Assembly (NCBI GenBank): GCA_012295275.1
Contig: CM022677.1
Span: 16,120,001 to 16,184,000 of the forward strand
DNA from: Chrysomallon squamiferum
Taxonomy: Eukaryota > Animalia > Mollusca
Length of the DNA: 64,000 nt
Reading direction: 5' to 3'
The notes under the pieces were generated by a model. The model was not told where the DNA came from, searched no databases, and saw only the letters and a list, made by a program, of their open reading frames with translations. Position 1 is the first letter of the stretch. Every line of letters starts with the position of its first letter. A program made the translations under genes and the position numbers. Shown piece after piece: positions 17,095 to 64,000 of the stretch.

Positions 17095-17133
<39 letters not shown>

Positions 17134-17304
17134 GTATTTGGCCCATTTGCTAGCATTGCCATATAAACCATTTATTTCTTACAAGTACAGATACCATTTT
17201 TCAGCTTTTCAAACTCGGATAGTCATAACAACACACACGAAATTCAAAGCGGACTACTTTTACACAACATCATAATGAAAACAAACCTTTAATGAACAGT
17301 TCAA

Positions 17305-17482
17305 ATTCAAGTGAACCATTTACAAACGGACCCATTTCAAGTGAACCATTTGCAGACAGACAGTCCAAACTGCAGTGAACCATCTATAAAACAATGGACA
17401 TTCAAATGAACCATTCACAGACAATTCATGTTCACGTGAACCACTTACAAACAGGTCAAATGTAAGTGAACAGTTATAAACG
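17305..17482 (+). repeat. ~30-bp degenerate minisatellite (TTCAAGTGAACCATTTACAAAC...)
   Basis: About 6 recurrences of the (G/A)TGAACCA core. Confidence 0.7.
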
Positions 17483-18081
17483 CTGACGAAATTAATAATA
17501 TCACTTATTCTAGTTACCAAGCAGAAAACTGAATTAACAAAATCAATACAGTACATTATAAAAAATGATTTCTCTGTCTCGTCGTCTTTCGTTTTCAGAT
17601 GATTCCACTTTCCTATATTGCATGTTAACAGGGCGATTCAAGGGACTGCATCATTATCAGTGCGTGCATAGGTGTGTGCGTGTAATTTTAGTGCGTGTCT
17701 GTACGTGTGTTTGAATATGCATATGTGAGTCTGTTTGTGTGTGGCTGCTTGCTTGTATATCAGTGTGTGTTTCTGTATGTCGGTCTGTATGTGTGTGAGT
17801 GTGTGTGTGTGTGTGTGCTTGTCTATGTGTGACTGCGTGCTTACATATCAGTGTGTGTTTCTGTATGTCAGTCTGTATGTGTGTGTTTTTCTGCGTGTGT
17901 GCATTATCTGCGTGTGTTTATATGTATGGGAGTGCAAGAAAAAAGAAACACCAATATCACTATAGCAACAACAGCAAATAACAGCTACAACAGCAACAGT
18001 AATAATCATTATGACGATGTGTTTTCTCAGTTTGAATTCTTGCTGCTGCTACTATTATCACTAATAACATAATACTACTAT

Positions 18082-18151
<70 letters not shown>

Positions 18152-18599
18152 GCTGCTGCTGCTAGTATTGTTATTACTAGCTATTAACTCTATAACCACT
18201 AGCTACGACAGCAATCATTACTACAATATTTAACACTACTGCTATTGTTATTACATATACTAGTATTATTACAACAACTACTACTATTACCACTACTATT
18301 ACTACTATAAATACTACAACTGCTAGTATTATTACAACTAATACTCCTATTTCTCCAACAACTGCTACTAGTGCTACAACAACTACTACCACTGCAACTT
18401 CTAATTCTGATTTATGTTTCTTACAATTCTTTTCATCAAAAAGTACATCATCGTTTTTTTTTCTTCTATTATATTATCTCAAAACAACACAAGAATGAAA
18501 TTTACACAACGTTAATACTTCAACATATGTTTAACATTATTGAGCAGCGGCTACATCAACACAATCATATTCGAGGGAAGAAACCAGTAGTAATGTCAT

Positions 18600-18816
18600 A
18601 AAAGCTTATTCTCTTTTAGCAATAAGCCATTTTTATATGTACCCTCCCACTGATAGTTAAAAAAGAAAGAAAGAATATATATATGTATACCATGATTTTG
18701 CATACATGACCCATAGCGTTAAAGAAAGATTATCCAGACTTTCTATCAGGAAGATTCGATCCCGCAGACCTTTGCTAGTGAGACGATAGATTACCATTTG
18801 CTAAAAGCCACTCTCA
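18600..18816 (-). mobile_element. tRNA-derived SINE remnant
   Basis: Minus strand: box A-like TAGCAAATGG (18803-18794) and box B-like GGGATCGAATC (18763-18753) at tRNA-like spacing, followed by a non-tRNA body; no cloverleaf evident. Confidence 0.5.
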
Positions 18817-19352
18817 GTAATGAACCTACGTTAAGTCGAACTACTTCGAGATAACGCGAATAATCCTTTAATGAAATTACACTTTACTATCCATTAGACC
18901 AATTATTCTTTTTTTATTTATTTATTTATTATATATTTTTTTATTTTTTTATTTCTGAAGTTTTATTTATATATTTATTTATTTATTTATTTAGTTTTTT
19001 TTTTAAGATTGTTTTTTGCAATTTAATAGAAGGTAATAAATCCTGTTGAAAGTTACTCAGTACAATCGCTAATTTGTTTTCTGTTTTTTTTATTTGCTAT
19101 ATCAGAGACGTTAATTTTTATCTAATTTCAGATTGATAGTTTCTTTTGGATAACTTGATATTTAGTCCCTTTTTTTTTTTTTTACTTATTTTTAAATTCT
19201 GTTTCTCTCTTTAATTTCGAGATTTCTTTATTTCCCAGCCAAGTAATCAATAACATGTTGTTCGGTCAATATCTGTATTTGTGTCTGTCTGTCTTCGTTT
19301 TTCAATGTGCGCAACAAAATACGTCCACTGAGACAGAATGAGATAGACAGAG

Positions 19353-19417
<65 letters not shown>

Positions 19418-19487
19418 CAGACAGAGACAGACAGACAGAGACAGAGATAGAAAGATAGATAGATAGAGAGAGAGAGACAAAGACACG

Positions 19488-19555
<68 letters not shown>

Positions 19556-19690
19556 TAGAGAGAGAGATAGACAGACAGACATAGAGAGAGAGAAAGAGGG
19601 AGAAAGAGAGAGAGTGAGAGACAGAGAAACAGACAGAGACAGAGACAAAGAGAGATAGAGAAAAATATAGGTAGATAGAGAGAGAGACAA

Positions 19691-19770
<80 letters not shown>

Positions 19771-20234
19771 ATATCAGGAAAGAGATAAAGGAAGAGGGAC
19801 ATACCAACAAAGGAATTTAAACGCTTATTTCAGGCTGAAAATCAAATACTTCATTTTACCAAAATCTACTCTGGTTTTCAGTACTAACTAAGCTCAGCCT
19901 GTATCGAAACATTTCGTCTTTATCGGGATTCCTACCAAATCTCTTCTCAGCCTGTACAATTAATTATAATCCCAATCAGAAAGACAAGCCTAGAGCGAAC
20001 ACAAAGTACCGCAAAGTACAGCGTACGAATATTAAAATACGGACATCCCAAGGCATGAGAATTTATGTTTAGAAAATACGTTTGTTAATATTTTTAGAAA
20101 GAACGCAGTAGATTAACGTTAGTATCACTGGTAAATTTATTTTATGTTTTTCAACAATTTTTATCATTATTACAATTCATCCTCTTTGACGATTTGTGAT
20201 ATTAATGTAAGCTGTTTATATACATTTCCAGAAT

Positions 20235-20417
<183 letters not shown>

Positions 20418-21249
20418 GATAATGGTGGTAGTGTCAGAATATGCTTATATAGAAACCACATGCACACATATACATAGAACTATATTTATAGGTGTTTTTG
20501 TATGTACGTGTGTATGTATGTATGTATGTATGTATGTATGTATGTTTCTGTCTATCCTGTGTATCTCTCTATCTATCTATTTATCTACCTTTCTCTATCT
20601 CTGTGTGTTTGTGTGTGTGTGTGTGCACATGTGCACACACACAAGCGCGCACAAACACAAACACACCAATATAATATATATATATATGTATATATGTATA
20701 TTTCAGTATCAATGTCTACCAATATATATATCCATGGTATTCATATATAAGTACACTGTATAGATTTTTAACTTTTTTGTCTAACGTTCTCTCGCACTCC
20801 TACTTAAGTCATTTACTTAACTGTGAGTAAACACGCATTCAGGAAATGCTGGAAGCAGGAACATTTTTCAATTTGTCGTGTATATAGGCACAAATGACGG
20901 CAGAGAAACAAGCTCGGGGAAAATGACTCGAATAACGTAGTCAGTGATGTACAAAACTTGCTGAGTGTCAGCTACATAAGTATTAATCTTACTGTGTGTG
21001 TAAATTATTCTGGTTTATGAATGGTTGTTGGTGACAAATCTGTTTTGATTTGTTTATTTATTTATTTATTTATTTATTTATTATTTTCTTTTTGTCTCCT
21101 TAAATGTGCTGATCGTGTTTGGAAATAGTTTTCTAAAAAATGTAAGAAAGAATAATTCTGGATTTGACATGAAAATATAATCAGTTTCTGTCTCTCTGTC
21201 TGTCTGTCCCTTTTTGTCTCTCTTTCTCTCTTTTCTTCTTTTTCTCTCC

Positions 21250-21353
<104 letters not shown>

Positions 21354-21387
21354 CTCTCTCTCATTCTCTATCTCTCTGTCATTCTCT

Positions 21388-21487
<100 letters not shown>

Positions 21488-21984
21488 GTCACCTTTTCGC
21501 GAATACTGAACTTCGTTTTTCAAAGCCTCCCGACCCCAAAAAGCTCGCAGCGATCTGATTCCGTCCTGATTGTTAGATTCGATTTTAACTGCGGGGAATA
21601 TTGTGACGCTGACTTGGAATCTACAGTTTATCTAAAATACCATAGGTTTGCGTTATTTTTCTACTCCGTGTCTTTCTCTCTCTCTCGAGTAATACTTCGA
21701 TTTTTCCTCACGGAACATGGCGTTTCATACTCACTGTCGTTTAAGTGGAAAATCAGAATGTAAATGACGTTTTCGCTGTACAAGCGTTTAATGCCCCGTA
21801 ATCTTTAAACCCGATACCTGGAGATACGGGTGTGTTAAAATGACTGCGGGTATATAGTTGTGCATAATGTTGTGGAGATATGAAAAATGTGATTATGGAA
21901 GGAGTATAGTCATTGTTTTAGAAGGAGTGAAATACTGAAATTTCACAGAGAAATTAACATTATAGAAACGTGATATAAAAATTA

Positions 21985-22260
21985 TGGAAACACTGAAATC
22001 AACACTGTGAAATATTTTAACCTTGTAGAAAGAGTGACAGCAGGATTATGGAAAAAGTGAAATCAACATTTGGGAACAGTGAAATCATAATTTGGGAAGA
22101 GTAAAATCAACATTTGGAAATAGTGAAATACACATTTGGAAACAGTAAAATCATCATTATGAAATAGTGAAATCAGTATTTGGAAAGCGTGAAACCAACA
22201 TTATGGAATAGTGAAATGTACACGTTTGGTAACAGTGAATGCAACATTATGGAAACAACG
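21985..22260 (+). repeat. 22-bp degenerate minisatellite TGGAAACAGTGAAATCAACATT
   Basis: About 10-12 consecutive units visible. Confidence 0.85.
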
Positions 22261-23256
22261 ACAGAATTATCACAAACAACATTGCAGAAACATTATGAAG
22301 AGCAACATGTCATTTTGAAACTGACGAAAAGGATACCAGGAATCAAATGGAATCAGTTAAAACGGTTTCTGTAAAGTTATTAAATCTTTTTCTAACGGAT
22401 ATGTTTGTCTAGAAAGGAATATTTCTTAAGCACTTTTTAAAGGAATAATTCGAAATGTAAGACAGGAATAATAACTCAGTGCATAAAGAAATAAAGAATG
22501 CTTTCTTAAAGGAAGTTTTCTCATGAATGAAATTAATAGCGAACTTTGGAAACAGATATACAATTCGTTTTGGAAAGGCGTGCAAATAGTTTTCAAAAGG
22601 AATATATGTTATATTTTGGAAATTAATATTTAATATTTTGTACGTTTTGGAAAATAATTATGTATTGGCGATTAATAATTAATATTTAGTACGTTTAGGG
22701 GAAGGAAAAAAAGAAAAAAAGAAAGGAATATAGCTTTCGGTTTAGAAATATATATTTAAAACGATTTCGAAACTGATTTATAAAATAATTTGAGTAAGAA
22801 GAGAATTTCGCGATACGAAAAGATTTAACTCTTCTCTTTAAGAAGACAAAAGAGATTGTTGGATGGAAAGAAGAAGATTTATCTGGTGATGTGAACGGCG
22901 TGAATGATGTAACCAGCGAAGTGAACGACGGTGTCGACGTGGCTGATGTATGCAGCGACGTCTAATACAACGTTGTGGTAACAGAGTTTCAAAGTGATTT
23001 TATTGTACGTTAAAAACAGAAGATAAACGTTTCGAGAAAGGAGAAATGGTACACATTTCTGAAAGTTAGAGACAATTTATTATTATTAATATTATTATTT
23101 CTAAAAAAAAAAAAAATAATAACCCAAAACAACAACAACAACAAAAAAACAACATTTCTACGCCATGTTTTTGAAGTAACAAGTCTAAATTTTGATCTAA
23201 AAACGCAAAAATTAATTTCCGATTTCTTAGGATATAATTACACCAGACCATTAGTG

Positions 23257-23297
<41 letters not shown>

Positions 23298-23794
23298 ATC
23301 TTATACAAGTTGCCTGTTATTATAACTTTTAGTGTATTTCACTGATGAATTATTTAACACACACATTTTCTCATTTACTAGAAACTTATATGGATTCGAC
23401 AAATATATACAATTAACCGCAATCAACTGTTTTTACTTGTAACACATAATTTAATAAATTAGAAACAAAATCCGGTTATAGCGTGCGTTTTTGTTTCTTT
23501 ACCGATGTTTCAAATGGCCTGACATCCGATTTGTAACGCCTGAAGATTGCAACAAAAAAAAAAAAAAAATATATATCGATATTGCATTCACCACGATAAC
23601 ACATCGATGTAACCAATAAGACCACTGTCCAGTGTAAAGACAGCAAAGAAAAAAAAAAAAAAATAAATAAATAAAAGGAAGACCGCTGATTCGAAGACGG
23701 AGATTTCAATTTAAATATTAACGACTTCCTCAAGTAAACACTAATCTTTTTTCGCTATTTATTACCCTTTTTTCGCCTTCGTTTCGCCTTCGTT

Positions 23795-23950
23795 TGCTAA
23801 TGCGCATGCGCAATATTGGTTACATTACATCGTCTGCAATAGAGACGTCCGTTCTTTTAATTATACCATTCTGTTGCCGGTATGACTTTGTCGCTGCGAG
23901 AAATTCGATGATTTTTCATCGTTGTTCCATTGCCGTTCTTGCAGGTAATC
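23795..23950 (+). promoter_or_regulatory. Candidate rGC promoter and non-coding first exon
   Basis: Perfect NRF1-type palindrome TGCGCATGCGCA (23801-23812), then ATTGGTT (reverse CCAAT), a CpG-containing segment and donor-like CAG|GTAATC at 23944/5. Acceptors CTAG (25274) and CCAG (25286) lie just upstream of the ATG. Confidence 0.5.
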
Positions 23951-24062
23951 AGCGAGGATGCTATTATCTGAAAGGCTAATCACAAAGGACACGAATAAAC
24001 CGAAGACTGAGTAAAGCGAAACAAAAAAAAAAATATATTTGTATCCAAACGAAAGAAAGAAG

Positions 24063-24093
<31 letters not shown>

Positions 24094-25304
24094 TGGAACA
24101 AACTAGAAGAAAAACGAAAACGACAATTAAAAACTGAAAGCTAAAAAAAAAAAAAAAAAAAAAAAAGAAAAGAAGAAAGAAAATAGAACAGCAACGACAA
24201 GCAAAAGACAAAGATACTATTATCCAAATTACTTATAACAAATGAAATGATGAACGTCAAAAGAATGCAGTGAAAAGTCGTTTCCAGACGATTTTAATTC
24301 TAGCGCTGATTACCTCAAGTTTGGTGAACACATAGACAAAAGAAGACGAAGAAGAGAGAGAGAAAAAAAAAAAAAAAAAAAAAAAAAAAGAAGTAGCCAC
24401 ACCACATAGAGAGAATTACGAGATCGTCATTTCGATTTTTTTCTTTACTGAAGCTCAAATGTTTCATCGAGAAATTGTTTGCAATGGTACACCATAGACA
24501 TTATTAAATAGCTGTATTTAATAAAACAGCCACAGAATTCCGAAAATACATTTTTAATGTGCTTCTGTGACAATTTTATGAATGAACAGAGAAAGGTAGC
24601 ATAAAGTGTCAATGGATATTATTCGTTTGGTTGTGCTCTTCAGTTTAATGAAAGATTTATTTCAAAGGATTTGCATTATTAAAATCTATATTAAGTATTG
24701 TTTTAACTTGCAAGTGAAATGATGCCATTTTAAAACGCATCAAAGACAACTGTTACGAACGCATCGAGATTAACAGTAAATGGATATTTGCTGGATATTT
24801 GTCTTCAGTAATAACTCTGTGACTAGATGTGAACAACAAGTAATATTTACAAGATGTGTTTCTAAAAAGCACACTTATTTTCTCAAACGAAAATGAATGA
24901 TACCATTTCAACGTAAAACGAGGAAGTACCAAAATGAACGTAAATAAATAGAAAGCGTAAGAAAATAAGAAAGACAAAGAAAAAAAAGAAGAAAAATAAT
25001 AGATAGAGAGAGGTCAGAAAAACCCAAAAAGAAGAAATATCGCGTTTCAAAAGAATAGAGAACCTTGACGAAAGGGTAAAATAACTTCAGTACAAATGCG
25101 AATATAACAATATTATTCGTGTTCTTATATTTATTTTTAATACCAGCTATTTACGGAATACACCACTTCATAAAAAAAAAAAAAAAAATAAAGGAGAAAA
25201 CCTGGTATTAAAATAACATTTCCTTCAACGCAGAAACCCGCATAATAACAAGTTTTATTTTCCATCTTCTCTAGCAATTTTTCCAGTTTGCCGTTACCAA
25301 GACG

Positions 25305-60412
<35,108 letters not shown>

Positions 60413-61097
60413 TGAAAAGGAAATCATATGCAGCTTTAATAATGGTTTTATTCCTGTGAAACATGATTGAAAACAAAACAAAAAAAAAAAAAAGGAAAGG
60501 AAAAAGAAACAAAAAAAAAAAAAAAAAAAAGAAAGGAAAGGAAAGAAAAGAAAAGACTGCAAGAGAAAACAGAAAGAAGAAAAACGAAAACTACAAATAG
60601 ATATTAAACATCTTTGTGTGGAAAAAACAAAAAAAAACAATTGATGTGGTATATCTTCATCGCTTATCACAATAACTCTTTCAGCATCTCATATAAACAA
60701 AACAAAAATAAATAAATAAATAAATAAATAAAAATTGAGTATATTATTTGACAATTGTTTAATTTGGATTCCTGGAAGATCGTGTTTTTTTTGTGTTTTT
60801 TTAGGATCGAATTGTTCTTGGACTTTTCTTGGATTGTTTTTCTACAGAATCGATCAGTATTTTTAATCAGTGTACTGAATTCATGAACAGAAGTGGTAAA
60901 GTGAATAACTGTTATTGCTGTAACAAGCATAATTGTCTGTCTGAAGGTTGAGTCTTTTTAAAACGAAATTTCAGTTGCGCTACAGTGCTGAAAGTGGTGG
61001 GGAAAAAAAATAAAATAAATAGTAAGTAAATAAATAAATAAATAAATAATAGTAAAAAAAATGAAGTAGTAACAATATTAATGTTAATAATAATAGA

Positions 61098-61132
<35 letters not shown>

Positions 61133-61137
61133 TAACA

Positions 61138-61184
<47 letters not shown>

Positions 61185-61793
61185 GAAGAAGAACTAATAA
61201 CAACAACAATAACAATAATAAATAAAATTAATTAATTAATTAATTAATTAAGAGAAGAAGAAGAAAGAAACAATAAATATGAATAATAAATGCAAGGAAA
61301 TTAAAAATTAAAAAATGAACAAAAATCGAACAACGAACAATGATGGAGAAACGAGTTTCGAATGCAAGGCTCTTCTCTCTTTTAATAATCGTTTGAACAT
61401 ATTTTTTCTCCTGCACAAGCAACCAAGTGATATATTCTGAATTATGACCTCTACCTGTGTTATTGCATAAATACATCATTTAAAAATGTGAGTGATGTTT
61501 TGTTTTTAACATTATATGTGATCAACAGAATCTGTGTTAACTGAAAAAGAAAGAAACGGAAAATAAATAAATAAATAAATAAAATAAATAAATAAAGAGT
61601 TACATTGCTGTGTGAATTGTGTTGCTTTATTGTGCATGTAATTCTCGATTGTCTTTTTAACCTTTCGTAAAGGTTTCAGAGTCGACGCATGCGCTGTACG
61701 TTTGTCAAGGGGTTGGGTGAAAGTGTAATTTGAGCGGCTTTTTGCTTATATTCAGGCGGTACTTCTGTAGAAAACAACAACAACAACAACAAC

Positions 61794-61833
<40 letters not shown>

Positions 61834-61893
61834 GTAATAATAATAATAATGATGATAACAATAACAACAACAACAACAAAAAATAAATAAATA

Positions 61894-61939
<46 letters not shown>

Positions 61940-62608
61940 GTAATAATAAAAAGGAAACAAGTATGAAACTGAAAGAAAACATACAAATATATGTTAGAGA
62001 AAATAATGACAAAAAAAGAATATACGACAAAAAGCAGTACAGACAATCTCAACTTTTGTATTCGAATTTGATTGTGAATTTCAAAGAAACGAAACAGACG
62101 AATAAAATGTATATACAGTTTTTCAGTAATAAAACATGTTTATTTTATTTGTCTGTATTAATAATATTTAAATACATCTATCCCTGTTTACGCATCCTGT
62201 TTCTAACTCTCGTGTTTTCACGTGTGAGATAACGTGAGCTTGTACTGGTGTACGCAGACTGCCTTCGCTTGTGCATGTGTGTTCATGTGTGTTTCTATCT
62301 ACGTGCTGTTGTCTTCTTTTTTGTTGTGTGTGTCTCTGTGTATGTGTGTGTGTGTTTTTATATGACTAGAAATGTCTGTGTGTTCATCTTTGTGTTCAGT
62401 GGCGAAACTATTGGAGTGAGCGATCAGTTTAAAATTACCTGGAAATTGTCAGCTAAATATCAATCACACATTTAGTCTCATTTAACGCATTTAAATATAA
62501 CTTCTGAACTGACACCTAGCAAGAATATTACAGTGATCAACCGCTAACACTTCAAAACCCTAAATGACACTGCCAGATAGATAAATGATAGACAGACATG
62601 AAACAGAA

Positions 62609-62666
<58 letters not shown>

Positions 62667-62799
62667 TAATGTAAATATTGTAAAAATATTAAATGCATAA
62701 AATTAATTACTGCGGGATGTTCCTATGGAATACAAGTATTGATGGCGACAATTAGTAATAAGAAACTGCCCCATACATTATTGTTCGTGACGATCCAAA

Positions 62800-62862
<63 letters not shown>

Positions 62863-62964
62863 ATATCAAAGAACTCACAGTCCCAGTTTACAGATTAAAA
62901 TCTGTTTCTGAAAAGACTGTACTTCAAACAATTATTATTCCATCAAGTGGCCATATATATGTTT

Positions 62965-63057
62965 GTTCAATGACGTAAAACATTTATTGACGTCATAAGA
63001 ATCAAACATGGAAGAGAAAAATGGCGCCGATGAAAATGGACAGCGTTGCAGGTTAGT
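62965..63057 (+). promoter_or_regulatory. Possible promoter and first exon of a downstream gene
   Basis: TGACGTAA (62971), TGACGTCA (62988), AAAATGGCG YY1-type motif overlapping ATG 63021 (MAPMKMDSVA), alternative ATG 63008 (MEEKNGADENGQRC), donor CAG|GTTAGT at 63051/2. Confidence 0.45.
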
Positions 63058-63151
63058 TAGTTTTGTTCACAGTTTTTGTAAACAGTTTTCTTTACTGATT
63101 TCCTGTTTTTGACGACGTTGCTTGATGGTAGTCGTAGCTGTTGTTGTTATT

Positions 63152-64000
63152 AGTTCAGTAGATGACTAATAGTTCAGTAAATGACTAATAGTTCAGTAGA
63201 TGGCTAATAAATCAGTAGATGACTAATAGTTCAGTAGATGGCTACTAGTTCAGTAGATGACTAATAGTTCAGTAGATAACTAATAGTTCAGTAGATGACT
63301 AATAGTTCAGTGTATGACTAATAGTTCAGTAGATGACTAATAGTTCAGTAGATGACTAATAGTTCAATATATGGCTAACAGTTCACTAGATGACTAATAG
63401 TTCAGTACATGGCTAAGAGTTCAGTAGAGGGCTAACACTTCAGTAGATCACCAATAGTTCAGTAGATGACTAATAGTTCAGTAGATGGCTAATAGTTCCA
63501 TAGATGACTAATAGTTCAATATATGTCTAATAGTTCAGTAGATGGCAAATAGTTCAGTAGATGGCTAATAGCTCAGTAGATGGTTAATAGATCAATAGAT
63601 GACTACTAGTTCAGTAGATGACTAATCATTCACTAGATGGCTAATAGTTCTATAGATGACTACTAGTTCAGTAGATGACTAGTAGTTCAGTAGATGACTA
63701 CTAGTTCAGTAGATCAGTAGATGACTACTAATTCAGTAGATCACTAATAGTTCACTAGATGACCAATAGTTCAGTAGATGACTAATAGTTCAGAAGATGG
63801 CTAATAGCTCAGTATATGACTACTAGTTCAGTAGATGGCTACTAGTTCAGTAGATGGCTAATAGTTCAATAGATGACTACTAGCTCAGTAGATGACTACT
63901 AGTTCAGTAGATCAGTAATAGTTCACTAGATGACTAATTATTCACTAGATGACTAATAGTTCAATAAATGACAAATAGTTCAATAGATGACAAATTGTTC
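63152..64000 (+). repeat. 19-bp minisatellite AGTTCAGTAGATGACTAAT, runs off the window end
   Basis: More than 40 head-to-tail units with point variants and no unique spacers. Confidence 0.95.

Noticed and set aside
60700-62870. PolyA signal assignment
   Set aside because: AATAAA occurs constantly within (AAAT)n microsatellites, so no specific site can be chosen
63152-64000. 19-bp array as a CRISPR-like locus
   Set aside because: Units are head-to-tail with no unique spacers, there are no cas genes, and the context is eukaryotic

Overview
Eukaryotic, very AT-rich DNA saturated with microsatellites: (AG)n, (ATT)n, (AAAT)n, (AC)n, (ATAC)n. It looks like an invertebrate, probably a mollusc or cephalopod (inference from composition only). 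One multi-exon gene dominates the window: a + strand single-pass receptor guanylyl cyclase of the natriuretic-peptide-receptor (NPR-A/B-like) family, running from ATG 25305 to TGA 60412. I traced 18 clean coding exons by GT-AG junctions and reading-frame continuity. They encode a signal peptide, ANF-receptor ectodomain, TM helix, kinase-homology domain, hinge and cyclase domain. Four further exons are defective as given: one is scrambled with a local repeat (~47.5 kb), one is almost missing (~52.2 kb), one is cut by a 588-bp tandem duplication (56.2 kb), and one has a 2-bp frameshift in the catalytic exon (58.7 kb). These are most simply assembly or consensus errors, but a recent pseudogene allele cannot be excluded. 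Also present are a candidate NRF1/CCAAT promoter with a non-coding first exon, a 43-bp minisatellite made from an exon/donor junction, a pogo/Tigger-like MITE, tRNA-derived SINE remnants, several minisatellites, recurrent CRE+YY1 modules, and a possible first exon of the next gene followed by a 19-bp satellite. Almost all ORFs in the supplied track are microsatellite artefacts. I see no convincing evidence of a wholly new biological system; the findings below are leads.
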